Below, one piece after another: positions 26,484 to 34,360 of a stretch of DNA of 47,928 bases (position 1 is the first letter of the stretch; every line of letters starts with the position of its first letter). Made by a program: the position numbers and the translations under genes. Under the pieces are notes generated by a model. The model did no database searches. It was not told the DNA's origin and saw nothing but the letters and a program-made list of their open reading frames with translations. The DNA comes from a virus: IMG/VR virus record IMGVR_UViG_3300020582_000001, positions 1 to 47,928 of that record; one strand, 5' to 3'.

Positions 26484-26864
26484 TTACACGCAGCGCTGTT
26501 CTGCTAGGGTCGCATACCCAGCGATGTCATGCCAACTGTCAGCATAGTTAGGATCACCATTGACGATGCGGCCTAGCTTGTTCGCGATGATCCGCAGGGC
26601 CTCCCTCTGCACCGGAGTTGCCTGATGCCACCCCATACCAGACATCAGCGCTTGGTTGATGGTATCCGCGATCCGGGCGTGGTCCGTGAAATCCCCATAC
26701 CTAGCTTTGCGCTCAGCTAGGGTGCACGCCAAAGCTGATGCTGGTGTCTGCGATGGGTAATCAGGGAAGCGTTTCCAGCCACATCCCCGGCACACATCAA
26801 CTATGTCATGGGAAAATTTGCACTCCATTTCTTTCTCCCATTGTTGTTCACTAAAATGTGGCAT
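26484..26864 (-). CDS. Conserved phage protein, DUF6378-like C-terminal domain
   Basis: 126 aa. ..RKARYGDFTDHARIADTINQAL..QREALRIIANKLGRIVNGDPNYADSWHDIAGYATL.. matches the YGD...K..R......DSW.D.aGYa pattern I recall for DUF6378. It is the last gene of the minus-strand arm. Confidence 0.6.
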   Translation of the reverse strand: MPHFSEQQWEKEMECKFSHDIVDVCRGCGWKRFPDYPSQTPASALACTLAERKARYGDFTDHARIADTINQALMSGMGWHQATPVQREALRIIANKLGRIVNGDPNYADSWHDIAGYATLAEQRCV

Positions 26865-27271
26865 CAGAACACCCTCAGTAAATCTTCGACGGGGCCGATC
26901 ACTAGCTCAGCAAATCGGTACATCAAATCCCATTCCTCCGGCTCCTGTTCCATGTAGATGATGCCGCGCTTGGCCTTGCCAATCATCCAACCAAGCTCCA
27001 GGTGCCCTGACTTCCCAGCCGGCAGAACAAGGATGCCAGTGTCAGACATCATCATGTGTTCACGGTCGAAATCAAAAGCGTGATTAGTAAAATCAGTTAC
27101 CATTGCCGTCCTGAAATCATGACCGTATTGCTGGTGATACTCCTTCCAATGACGGTCTGCATCCGGCCCACAAGCATACCATTCGTCGAAGACATGATGT
27201 CCGTCCGCCCTCAAGGCAGACGCTACGACAGGTATATTGGGATTTTTCAGGCTCCCGATTATGTAAATCAT
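26864..27271 (-). CDS. Nucleoside 2-deoxyribosyltransferase-like protein
   Basis: Start taken at ATG 27271, 5 nt after GGAGAA (MIYIIGSLKN..), not the track start 27349. IYIIGS.. at the N-terminus and ..GILVLPAGKSGHLELGWMIGKAKRGIIYM.. resemble the NDT/DUF4406-type Rossmann-like fold motifs. Confidence 0.55.
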   Translation of the reverse strand: MIYIIGSLKNPNIPVVASALRADGHHVFDEWYACGPDADRHWKEYHQQYGHDFRTAMVTDFTNHAFDFDREHMMMSDTGILVLPAGKSGHLELGWMIGKAKRGIIYMEQEPEEWDLMYRFAELVIGPVEDLLRVF

Positions 27272-27363
27272 CTGTTCTCCTAAACTGACAACGACCAACT
27301 TCCCCCCTATTAGCGCAAGGGAGGAAGCCGGCTGGACGAATTGTGTCACACCAAGGGCACGGT

Positions 27364-27543
27364 CTATCGCTCGGTAACATTAGTTTCCTCTGGCCACGGA
27401 ACCAAGCCACATTCGAGGTTGACACCTTGCCCCTGCAACCCAGGGATCGGGCGGATGATAACGACATAAGGGATGCCGGAGATCACCACGACATGGGGCG
27501 GTGCAGCAACCCCCTTCAACTGCAAACCAACGAATGTCTTCAT
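27364..27543 (-). CDS. Hypothetical small protein (59 aa)
   Basis: The ATG at 27543 forms an ATGA overlap with the stop of the upstream phosphoesterase gene. Sequence MKTFVGLQLKGVAAPPHVVVISGIPYVVIIRP... Confidence 0.5.
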   Translation of the reverse strand: MKTFVGLQLKGVAAPPHVVVISGIPYVVIIRPIPGLQGQGVNLECGLVPWPEETNVTER

Positions 27544-28622
27544 CCATCTAACTCCTCTGGTGTGATGGTGTAGCGGCAATACTCACCGCCGTCAAAATTC
27601 AGGACGATAGCCTTCATTTCCCTCTTGCTGCGGTAGCCGAGGTTGAAAGCATACGCATCAGGTGGCGGAAGAATACCAAAGCTCTCCACGTTACACCCAG
27701 CATAAGGACGATCACTGTAATGATGGACATGACCAGTCCACCAAGTATGGTGAGTAGTATTAGCCCAATCATGAGGGCGATCGAAAGCCATAACTCCCGG
27801 AAGCTGCTCGGCTTTAGCGAGATCACCATGCGTCACTCCAATCAGGTTAAGACCATAGCGATGGTAATGGAAGCGGCCAGCAGTAGTATCAATATGAATG
27901 CGAGGATTGGCTCCATAGTGAAGGGCGAGGGCTTCTGACACAAACGCCATGCTAAACTCATCATGGTTCCCTGATGCTACGATGACGTGAACCTCTGCAA
28001 ATTTCTCCGCTGCCAGGTCGATCATGGTACGCCACGACCGCAAGGCAACCCGGATCATCTTCCGGTAACGCCCGTCACTATCGAGGATGTTACCCCCCCG
28101 TTGGGTGATCGGCAGCTTACCGTCATAGTGCATGAAGTCACCGAGGCCGACAAGCAAAGCACTGGTAGCATAGTCAGTACGGTTGTAGAGAGCGGACATT
28201 GCTTGCCCAAGGAGACGCTCTCCGATATCAAGATCGTAGGAGGCTCCAACTTCTGGACGCCAGGCCAACATCCCAAGATGGTGATCACCAATAGGAAAGC
28301 AAGTACGCAGGCTGTTATCATCAAGGCGGGCTTGTCCCTTACCATGATATTCAATCTCCGTTCGCACTGGCAAATCATCGAAGAAAGCCTGGCGAACCTC
28401 GGCCCACTTCTGCACCCGTTCGACATCATCCTGCCGTTGGAAGGTGCTGTATCCTTTCAGCACCCCATCAGGATCAAACCGCTTGGAGGTACGGTACTCG
28501 GGAACACCAATCGCTGGTGACTTTACCACACCCTGGCTCTCTAGGAACATGCGACGGCGGAAGGATCGGCCACTCTCATCGGGCCGTTTCAAATTGTAAT
28601 CCCATTTCGCTGGCCTGCCCAT
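27540..28622 (-). CDS. Calcineurin-like metallophosphoesterase
   Basis: 360 aa with the ordered motifs IGDHHLG, GLGDFMHYD, ASGNHDEF, GVTHGD, TGHVHH (the D-x-H / GD / GNH(D/E) / H / GH set). Confidence 0.8.
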   Translation of the reverse strand: MGRPAKWDYNLKRPDESGRSFRRRMFLESQGVVKSPAIGVPEYRTSKRFDPDGVLKGYSTFQRQDDVERVQKWAEVRQAFFDDLPVRTEIEYHGKGQARLDDNSLRTCFPIGDHHLGMLAWRPEVGASYDLDIGERLLGQAMSALYNRTDYATSALLVGLGDFMHYDGKLPITQRGGNILDSDGRYRKMIRVALRSWRTMIDLAAEKFAEVHVIVASGNHDEFSMAFVSEALALHYGANPRIHIDTTAGRFHYHRYGLNLIGVTHGDLAKAEQLPGVMAFDRPHDWANTTHHTWWTGHVHHYSDRPYAGCNVESFGILPPPDAYAFNLGYRSKREMKAIVLNFDGGEYCRYTITPEELDG

Positions 28623-28867
28623 CAGTTCAACGCCTGAGAGCCGGGGTTGGCAGCGACAACGCGATAGGATTGCTTCACCGCATCCGTTACCCCGGTGCCC
28701 TTGCCTAGAACCTTGAGGAAATCCATCTTAGCCGCGATGGAGTTGCCTTCAAGAGCAAAACACACCGTCAACGCGAGGATATTGAACGCCCGGTTAACAT
28801 CAGGTTCATCCTGCAACGCCTTTAGAAAAGCTTCTGCTGCCTTCTCCGCATCAATCAACTCGCCCAT
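28622..28867 (-). CDS. Hypothetical protein (81 aa)
   Basis: The ATG at 28867 overlaps the stop of the upstream mini-gene (TGATG). Its stop overlaps the phosphoesterase start. Confidence 0.55.
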   Translation of the reverse strand: MGELIDAEKAAEAFLKALQDEPDVNRAFNILALTVCFALEGNSIAAKMDFLKVLGKGTGVTDAVKQSYRVVAANPGSQALN

Positions 28868-29022
28868 CAACCTAACTCCTCGATCAAATCACCGATTGCA
28901 TTCACGACATCTTCCTCGATTTCCATATCTACATCGGCTTTCAGGGGGAAGAGACCGGTGTCAATCACACCCCTATCACAAAGCATGTCAAAGATAGCTT
29001 GAGCGAGCTTTTGAATATCCAT
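28867..29022 (-). CDS. Tiny acidic protein, paralog A (51 aa; below the track cutoff)
   Basis: Hand-translated: MDIQKLAQAIFDMLCDRGVIDTGLFPLKADVDMEIEEDVVNAIGDLIEELG. 13 Asp/Glu versus 3 Lys/Arg. One-base stop/start overlaps (TGATG) at both ends. Confidence 0.6.
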   Translation of the reverse strand: MDIQKLAQAIFDMLCDRGVIDTGLFPLKADVDMEIEEDVVNAIGDLIEELG

Positions 29023-29147
29023 CAACCTAACTCCTCAATCAATTCGCTGATTGCATCAACAACATATTCCTCAGTGCAGTTGTGAGAAATAACCCCCATC
29101 TCGTCGAGCAAGTCATAGATGTCTTGAGCGAGCTTTTGAATATCCAT
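29022..29147 (-). CDS. Tiny acidic protein, paralog B (41 aa)
   Basis: Hand-translated: MDIQKLAQDIYDLLDEMGVISHNCTEEYVVDAISELIEELG. It shares the N-terminal MDIQKLAQ and C-terminal LIEELG with paralog A. Confidence 0.6.
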   Translation of the reverse strand: MDIQKLAQDIYDLLDEMGVISHNCTEEYVVDAISELIEELG

Positions 29148-29278
29148 CAGATGTTGTCCTGCAAGATATCGGCAATGTCGTCAACCAACTCGGCTTTGGT
29201 ATAACCAGCGTAACCAAAGTCCAAGTCAAGTTCAATCAAAAGGTCAACGATCAGTTTAGCCACCGCATCAAAGTCCAT
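29147..29278 (-). CDS. Tiny acidic protein, distant paralog C (43 aa)
   Basis: Hand-translated: MDFDAVAKLIVDLLIELDLDFGYAGYTKAELVDDIADILQDNI. GGAG lies 9 nt upstream. Its stop overlaps the start of paralog B. Confidence 0.55.
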   Translation of the reverse strand: MDFDAVAKLIVDLLIELDLDFGYAGYTKAELVDDIADILQDNI

Positions 29279-29280
29279 GT

Positions 29281-29676
29281 TCACCACTCCTCTGTCCATT
29301 TCAGATGATCATGATAGATTTTTAGGAAGTCTGCGGAGCGGAGAATGACAAGCCATTCGTTTCTAGATCGACGGTGAGCGACGATCGGGGTCCTCCCACT
29401 GGTTCCAGTATCACGGATAGCTTGCGCGAGCCATACATATGGATTGCCAGCTTCAACTCTCTTAACCTCCACATGGAGCCCAGGTACTCCACGGACATCA
29501 GGGTCTTCTGCATTTCCTCCATGCCCCTGTTGACCGTCTCGACGAGCGCCGAGAAATCCATTATCCTGCAAGTGTTTTGCATACTCTCTTTCCCCTTGTG
29601 CGCCTTTAGCTCGGCTGTTAATTCTGCCTCGACTTCTAACGCCCTCTCTAAGGCTGTCTGGTGACAAATGTGGCAT
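29281..29676 (-). CDS. Small PD-(D/E)XK nuclease (Holliday-junction-resolvase-like)
   Basis: ..NSRAKGAQGEREYAKHLQDNGFLGARRDGQQGHGGNAEDPDVRGVPGLHVEVKRVE..TPIVAHRRSRNEWLVIL.. carries the G..GE(R/Y)....G....R, D and E-x-K elements of phage resolvase-like nucleases. The start is uncertain (ATG 29676 or TTG 29703). Another same-strand ORF overlaps it (see findings). Confidence 0.65.
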   Translation of the reverse strand: MPHLSPDSLREGVRSRGRINSRAKGAQGEREYAKHLQDNGFLGARRDGQQGHGGNAEDPDVRGVPGLHVEVKRVEAGNPYVWLAQAIRDTGTSGRTPIVAHRRSRNEWLVILRSADFLKIYHDHLKWTEEW

Positions 29677-29704
29677 TCCTTGAACATGCGATGATGCGTG
29701 CAAC

Positions 29705-31735
29705 TCATTTTTTGTACCTCGTGGACTGCCAGGTTTCAACGTTGATGGGGACTTTGATTTGCTCGGCCCACTCGACGGGCGCGCACATGATTTCTTTGAG
29801 CCTGCCTTCTGTGTACTCTCCATTATCAGGAACCTCGCACATGATTTCGTCGTGCACTGTAAGGACAATGGGCCAGCCCGCAGCTTCCAACCGCTCCATC
29901 GCCCTGCATAGTAGCTGCCTTGCAAGAGCCTGAACGACGTTCTCGGTTAGAATACCACCATAAGCATCCACCCACACCCATGCGCCCTTCTTTTTCGTGC
30001 GGTACTTCCATGCCGGCCTTATGTCTTCCTTCTCTGGTGTGCTCCACGGCATCCGCTTTAGGCATGGTCGCGGGTCGAAATAATAGATATCTTTTTCGTC
30101 GAGCAGTCGGCACACCATAAAGGGTTTATCAGCAATCGTCTTGATCTTGTAACGGATGCCGTGAGACCCAAACACTTTGCCAGGATTGTGACAAGCCTCA
30201 AGCGCAGCATCTTCTAAACCTTTCCATAACCGGGGAACGAGGGGGGCGAAGGCTTTACGATAGGCGTCGATGCCGGCCTTGGCAAACTCATCACTCTCAT
30301 TGGGACAGTAGCGCTTCTGATATGTCTGCCACCCCATCTGAAAGCCGCAGCCGAGGAAGGTGTTCTTCCCGATTTTGTATTCTACCGGGTCCTTGTACTT
30401 GTCGATAGGACGGCCATAGATCAAGCCTGCCACGTCACAGTAGGGGCTCAATCCCTTCGCCATCAACTCTGTCTTATCGTGCTGCCCAGCTAGAGCAAGG
30501 ACAATACGAGCTTCGATGCCTGCGTAATCACCAGCAACAAAAGTGAAACCACCCCCAGCCAATAGAGCATGGCGAAGGCTCGCCACCACCAGTTCAAGGG
30601 GATCACAGGGGCGTTTGTTACGGGTGAAGGTGGAGAGGATTGCGGCTCGGTCGCCGGCAAGCACGGCACTAATCTTTTCCTCGACCCCTCCACCTTCAAC
30701 GTCTGATCCTTGGGGGAAATTCTGAGGTTGGAGGATACGACCGGCCCATCGACCCGTAGCTGCCGCATGGTATTGGAGTAAGCCTCTTGCGCGTCCATCG
30801 AAGCCAACACAATGTTCCATACGGTCGAGCTTTTTGAGCGAGGAAGAGCCGACAAGCGCTCTAATATCAAGCGCTCTTCTGACTTCTCCGGGTAGATTAT
30901 CCAACTCGCCAAGTCCACCCGCCGATCCATCCTCCGACTGATCTTCATCATCTTCTCCTAAAATCGCGGCGACGGTTTCTTTCTTTAGATTGGGGAGTTC
31001 GACGCCTTTATCCCCAAGCCACTGTAGAAACTTAGCGCCCTGCGTGGGGTTTAGCCCTGTGATTTCCCTGAACTCTTGCACAAGCGGCATGGAACCCTCA
31101 TTGACGAGACGCTTAGCGGCCCGCACGAAGGGCAAGTCAATCTTGATGCCGCGCTGGTTGATAGCCTGGTCAATCTCCCAAACCGTCCTTTCCCCATCCG
31201 GTAGCTCACCAAGAGCATCATGCAAGTGAACAGTGCCAACCACATCAATCCGATTGTAGTCATAAACCTTCTCCATTATCTCGGGTGTCTTGGCCGGCAG
31301 CATCCCCGTCTTCTTGTTGATCTTCGACAGGTCTAACGTAACCTTTCTGCCATCCAAATCCTTTACCACAGGTAATCCAAGCACACTCAAGGCATGGTCC
31401 AGGTCCAGGGGCAGTGCATGAAGGGCGCAACTTGCTTGCGTGTCCACCCAACGTTTTATGGGAATTGGTGCAAAACCAAAAACGGGAACCATTATCCATC
31501 GCCACACCGCCTGTTCAAATGAAGCATGGGAAACGAATTTAACTGAGGGGTCTGCTGCTAAGCGCCGAAGCAAATCGTCGGTCGCGGCGGTCGCGGGTGA
31601 CCACAAATTGTACGTATTATTTACGTGGTACACCAGGGACAAGACTTCTGTGTTCGGGTCTTGTGCGTACCGATCAGCACCGCAGAGTTTTAAATCACAG
31701 AAGGACGCAGTTTCAAAGTCAAGTACAACTTTCAT
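29705..31735 (-). CDS. Family A DNA polymerase with 3'-5' exonuclease domain
   Basis: Start taken at ATG 31735, 5 nt after GGGAGA (MKVVLDFETASF = ExoI DxE). Motif A is GDYAGIEARIV, motif B is KIGKNTFLGCGFQMG, motif C is LTVHDEIMCEV. Confidence 0.9.
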   Translation of the reverse strand: MKVVLDFETASFCDLKLCGADRYAQDPNTEVLSLVYHVNNTYNLWSPATAATDDLLRRLAADPSVKFVSHASFEQAVWRWIMVPVFGFAPIPIKRWVDTQASCALHALPLDLDHALSVLGLPVVKDLDGRKVTLDLSKINKKTGMLPAKTPEIMEKVYDYNRIDVVGTVHLHDALGELPDGERTVWEIDQAINQRGIKIDLPFVRAAKRLVNEGSMPLVQEFREITGLNPTQGAKFLQWLGDKGVELPNLKKETVAAILGEDDEDQSEDGSAGGLGELDNLPGEVRRALDIRALVGSSSLKKLDRMEHCVGFDGRARGLLQYHAAATGRWAGRILQPQNFPQGSDVEGGGVEEKISAVLAGDRAAILSTFTRNKRPCDPLELVVASLRHALLAGGGFTFVAGDYAGIEARIVLALAGQHDKTELMAKGLSPYCDVAGLIYGRPIDKYKDPVEYKIGKNTFLGCGFQMGWQTYQKRYCPNESDEFAKAGIDAYRKAFAPLVPRLWKGLEDAALEACHNPGKVFGSHGIRYKIKTIADKPFMVCRLLDEKDIYYFDPRPCLKRMPWSTPEKEDIRPAWKYRTKKKGAWVWVDAYGGILTENVVQALARQLLCRAMERLEAAGWPIVLTVHDEIMCEVPDNGEYTEGRLKEIMCAPVEWAEQIKVPINVETWQSTRYKK

Positions 31736-31746
31736 ATTGTTCTCCC

Positions 31747-31841
31747 TTATGCCTACCATCCGGGACGGCTTGCACCCTATGCGGCCAAATGGTTGGTCCA
31801 CTCGGTCTGTTCATGCCCTCTATTTGGGATGGTAGGCATAA
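31747..31841 (-). promoter_or_regulatory. 15-bp perfect inverted repeat enclosing 65 nt, abutting the DNA polymerase Shine-Dalgarno
   Basis: ttatgcctaccatcc (31747-31761) pairs with ggatggtaggcataa (31827-31841). On the minus-strand mRNA the 3' arm ends directly at the GGGAGA SD (31746-31741). Confidence 0.6.
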
Positions 31842-31842
31842 A

Positions 31843-31871
31843 GGAAAAAGTGGGGGCCTTGCACCCCCTCG
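31843..31871 (-). terminator. Candidate intrinsic terminator/attenuator after ssb (copy 1 of a 22-bp GC hairpin repeat)
   Basis: The minus strand reads gagggggtgcaaggcccccac followed by tttttcc. The stem is GGGGG/CCCCC (plus a possible G-U pair) and the T-run is at 31849-31845. Confidence 0.5.
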
Positions 31872-31895
31872 GCCGTCCATGCGCGGCTCTGTATG

Positions 31896-31917
31896 GTGGG
31901 GGCCTTGCACCCCCTCG
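31896..31917 (-). repeat. Copy 2 of the 22-bp element gtgggggccttgcaccccctcg (identical to 31850..31871)
   Basis: Exact 22-nt direct repeat, 46 bp apart, both in the ssb-pol intergenic region. This copy lacks a T-run. Confidence 0.85.
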
Positions 31918-31947
31918 CGTGTCTAGCTCCACACGTAGCAGCCGTGT

Positions 31948-32574
31948 TTAGAAGTCCGCGTTAGACCCGCTGACATGCCCGCGCGACGGAGGGACCAGGC
32001 CAGCAAAGGCAGTGGCGTCATTCTGTCCACCGATACGATCACCCCGGCCCTGACTAAAGACCGAATTGAAGTACCCGGTGACGCCGCTATCAAACTCGGA
32101 ATAGGCTTTCAGGCTAACCTCGGCACGCACCAGGACGCCAGTGTAGAACTTATCCTTCGCCGCAGCCACCAGGTCGGGGGTCGTAAGGTTGGTGGCCTTG
32201 CCGTTCACCCAGCAACCCAACATGGGCGGACGGGCAGCCGTGGCATGGGCAGAGAACTGCACCTTGCCGGCGAGGGTCTTGCGCATCTTCTCGATAGTGG
32301 CAGCGTCCTTGCCCTTTTCAACTGCCTCTTTAATCAAAGTCCCGGCGCTTTTGAAAGGGCTCTTTACCCCCTTGATATCGCCGCCGTGGGCATCGACCGT
32401 AAGAGCAACCAATGCCTCAAGGTCGGCGCTGTTTTCGGACAACAGGAGCTTGAGGTTATAGCGGGGGTCGCCGGGTTTGCCGCCTTTGTCGGATACATAG
32501 CGGCTCGTCTCGAAGAGGTTGGAGAAATAGAGGACCGCATCCTCAGTCAGACGGTAGTTGAAATACTCTGCCAT
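31948..32574 (-). CDS. Single-stranded DNA-binding protein (DUF2815 / T7 gp2.5-like)
   Basis: 208 aa. N-terminal ..YRLTEDAVLYFSNLFETSRYVSDKGGKPGDPRYNLKLLL.. fits the DUF2815 opening pattern. The C-terminus ..SGSNADF ends acidic-aromatic like gp2.5. It sits between the Cas4-like nuclease and the polymerase, a known module order. Confidence 0.7.
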   Translation of the reverse strand: MAEYFNYRLTEDAVLYFSNLFETSRYVSDKGGKPGDPRYNLKLLLSENSADLEALVALTVDAHGGDIKGVKSPFKSAGTLIKEAVEKGKDAATIEKMRKTLAGKVQFSAHATAARPPMLGCWVNGKATNLTTPDLVAAAKDKFYTGVLVRAEVSLKAYSEFDSGVTGYFNSVFSQGRGDRIGGQNDATAFAGLVPPSRGHVSGSNADF

Positions 32575-32604
32575 TTCACTTCCTTTTCACACGGTTTCAC
32601 AACT

Positions 32605-33732
32605 TCACTCATCTTCGCATACAAGGTTCGGAAAATCAATTGCGGTGCGGACAATAGCTTGGCGCTTGTCTGCTATCCCAACAACCGTAACACCAGGGTC
32701 CGGTGGTATGTGGGCAAACTCGGCGGTTAGCTGCTTCCCGTTCTCCAGGCGATCCTCGGCTTGCTTCGGGCTCATCGGCACGCTCATCCGAGGGGCTTGG
32801 TATCCCGGTATCCACTGTCGATCGGCTTTCTTCCTTACTATCTTCCACGGCCCCTCCTGTCCCGACAAGGCACGCCTGCTCATCTCGGTATAGACTGCCT
32901 TCAAGTATATTTCAACGGCTTTACCAAGCTCAAACTCCCGCCCAAGCGCATCATTAGATAACGTCTCCAGTGCGCTGGTGGGAGCCGTCGCGGCAGCTTT
33001 TGATAGCGCACCAAGGACCGGGCATACAATCTTGACCGGACAGAAGCGGCACCAGGGGCCTGGGACAATCTCTCCCTTGCCTTCTTGGGCCGTCCTGATG
33101 CCGGGTAAAAGCACATCGGAAGCCCATTTAGATAATTTTTTGCCGGTAATACTCCATTCACGGATTATGCCGTCCCTGTGAAAGCCGCGAGGTTGGACGA
33201 TGACGAGATTGAACGTCTCTATTCCTGGGTATCGGCACTGCAATCCGTGGGCGTAATATTTGAGTTGCCCGTTGTCAATAACGTCAACGGCAACACCAAC
33301 TCCGTGCTTGTAGTCGATGACTTCCGCGTAAATCCATCCACCAGGTTCGTCACCAGCGAGGAAATAAACGTCGATTGTTCCGTAAAACGCCGGTTCGTCC
33401 GGGTGCGTGACATGTTGCTCTACCTCCATTTCCACATAGTTGAAACGCTCGCGTAGCTGTTTCAGCCTATTCCACACGAAATCTATGTATTTCTGTACTG
33501 CCTCCACATGATCGGCTCGGAAGCGGCGGATACCTGGAGTAACAAATTCCCAGGCATCCAGGTTGTTGCGCAGGGCCTCGGAGGCAACCTCATGTGCGAG
33601 GGTGCCATCCACGCGGTAGTCAGGCTCATCGCTTTCCTGGTCCAACCCGGCCCCCCTGATTAGGGAGACCGAGCCGGGGCAATTCAGGAAACGCTCTGTG
33701 CTGCTACCGCCCGTCTTAGAGTGGAATGTCAA
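32605..33732 (-). CDS. Cas4/RecB-like PD-(D/E)XK exonuclease with 4-Cys cluster (DUF2800-like)
   Basis: ..GGSSTERFLNCPGS.. (N-terminal Cys), ..IDVYF..VIDYKHG..GQLKYYAHG.. (D, D-x-K, QxxxY), and C-terminal PGPWCRFCPVKIVCP (three Cys). The start is uncertain: I place it at TTG 33732. The track start 33831 overlaps the upstream gene by 116 nt. Confidence 0.75.
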   Translation of the reverse strand: MTFHSKTGGSSTERFLNCPGSVSLIRGAGLDQESDEPDYRVDGTLAHEVASEALRNNLDAWEFVTPGIRRFRADHVEAVQKYIDFVWNRLKQLRERFNYVEMEVEQHVTHPDEPAFYGTIDVYFLAGDEPGGWIYAEVIDYKHGVGVAVDVIDNGQLKYYAHGLQCRYPGIETFNLVIVQPRGFHRDGIIREWSITGKKLSKWASDVLLPGIRTAQEGKGEIVPGPWCRFCPVKIVCPVLGALSKAAATAPTSALETLSNDALGREFELGKAVEIYLKAVYTEMSRRALSGQEGPWKIVRKKADRQWIPGYQAPRMSVPMSPKQAEDRLENGKQLTAEFAHIPPDPGVTVVGIADKRQAIVRTAIDFPNLVCEDE

Positions 33733-34360
33733 CGTGAAGGGTCGGGGCCAGGAGGTAACGCAAAAAGACGGGGCGATCCTCCATTTTAATATCCGCCGCT
33801 TTCTTGCCAGGCTCGCCGACGAAGTTCGCAATCAGAGCACGGATTTCATGGCCGATATCTAGGTTGTCCTCAGCCAAACCCCGCTCCTGACGAGCCGCGC
33901 AAGCTGACCGCAGCATCTCATCCGTTGGGGCGGTATCCCCAAGAGATGAAGTGGACTTTACAACCGTGTCCTCCGTTGCAGTCTGCGGGGCCTCGGCAGT
34001 TGCAGTAGGGTCCGCTGCACTCTTACGCCCACGCTTCTTCGGGGCAGGCATACCGCTCTCGCCAGCGCCTACCTTATCGCTCTCAGGCATAGCAACAGCT
34101 TCCGCCTGGTGACGCTGCTCCATCGCGCTAGTGGTTGCCGCCTCTACCACCAAGGGCACAGAGGCAGGAACCACTAGGCCGGATGGGGTGATGCCGAGGC
34201 TGGCAAAAACTTGCTGCTGAGCAAGACGCCGGGCCTGTTCAGCCAGACCAGCCCCATCATCCTTGTCAGTGGAAAAGGTGATTTCAGCCTTGGCGATACG
34301 GTGCTGGAAATCACCATCATTGATGCGCTTCTCGAAAGTGATGGTGCCATTAGTGATCAT
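33716..34360 (-). CDS. Hypothetical protein (214 aa) with disordered Ala/Pro/Thr linker
   Basis: Long ORF; the ATG overlaps the upstream stop (ATGA). No family recognised. Confidence 0.65.
   Translation of the reverse strand: MITNGTITFEKRINDGDFQHRIAKAEITFSTDKDDGAGLAEQARRLAQQQVFASLGITPSGLVVPASVPLVVEAATTSAMEQRHQAEAVAMPESDKVGAGESGMPAPKKRGRKSAADPTATAEAPQTATEDTVVKSTSSLGDTAPTDEMLRSACAARQERGLAEDNLDIGHEIRALIANFVGEPGKKAADIKMEDRPVFLRYLLAPTLHVDIPL

Noticed and set aside
27117-27467. 116-aa minus-strand ORF overlapping the NDT-like gene
   Set aside because: It is an Arg/Cys/Gly-rich shadow frame. The NDT frame has the recognisable motifs and a proper SD at 27271.
31850-31917. Possible CRISPR-like or other spaced repeat
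   Set aside because: There are only two copies of a 22-mer, 46 bp apart, inside an operon spacer. No array and no cas genes are present anywhere in the window.
31975-32730. 251-aa plus-strand ORF
   Set aside because: It lies antisense to the SSB gene and the 3' end of the nuclease gene. It has no recognisable motifs, and both minus-strand genes have strong family signatures.
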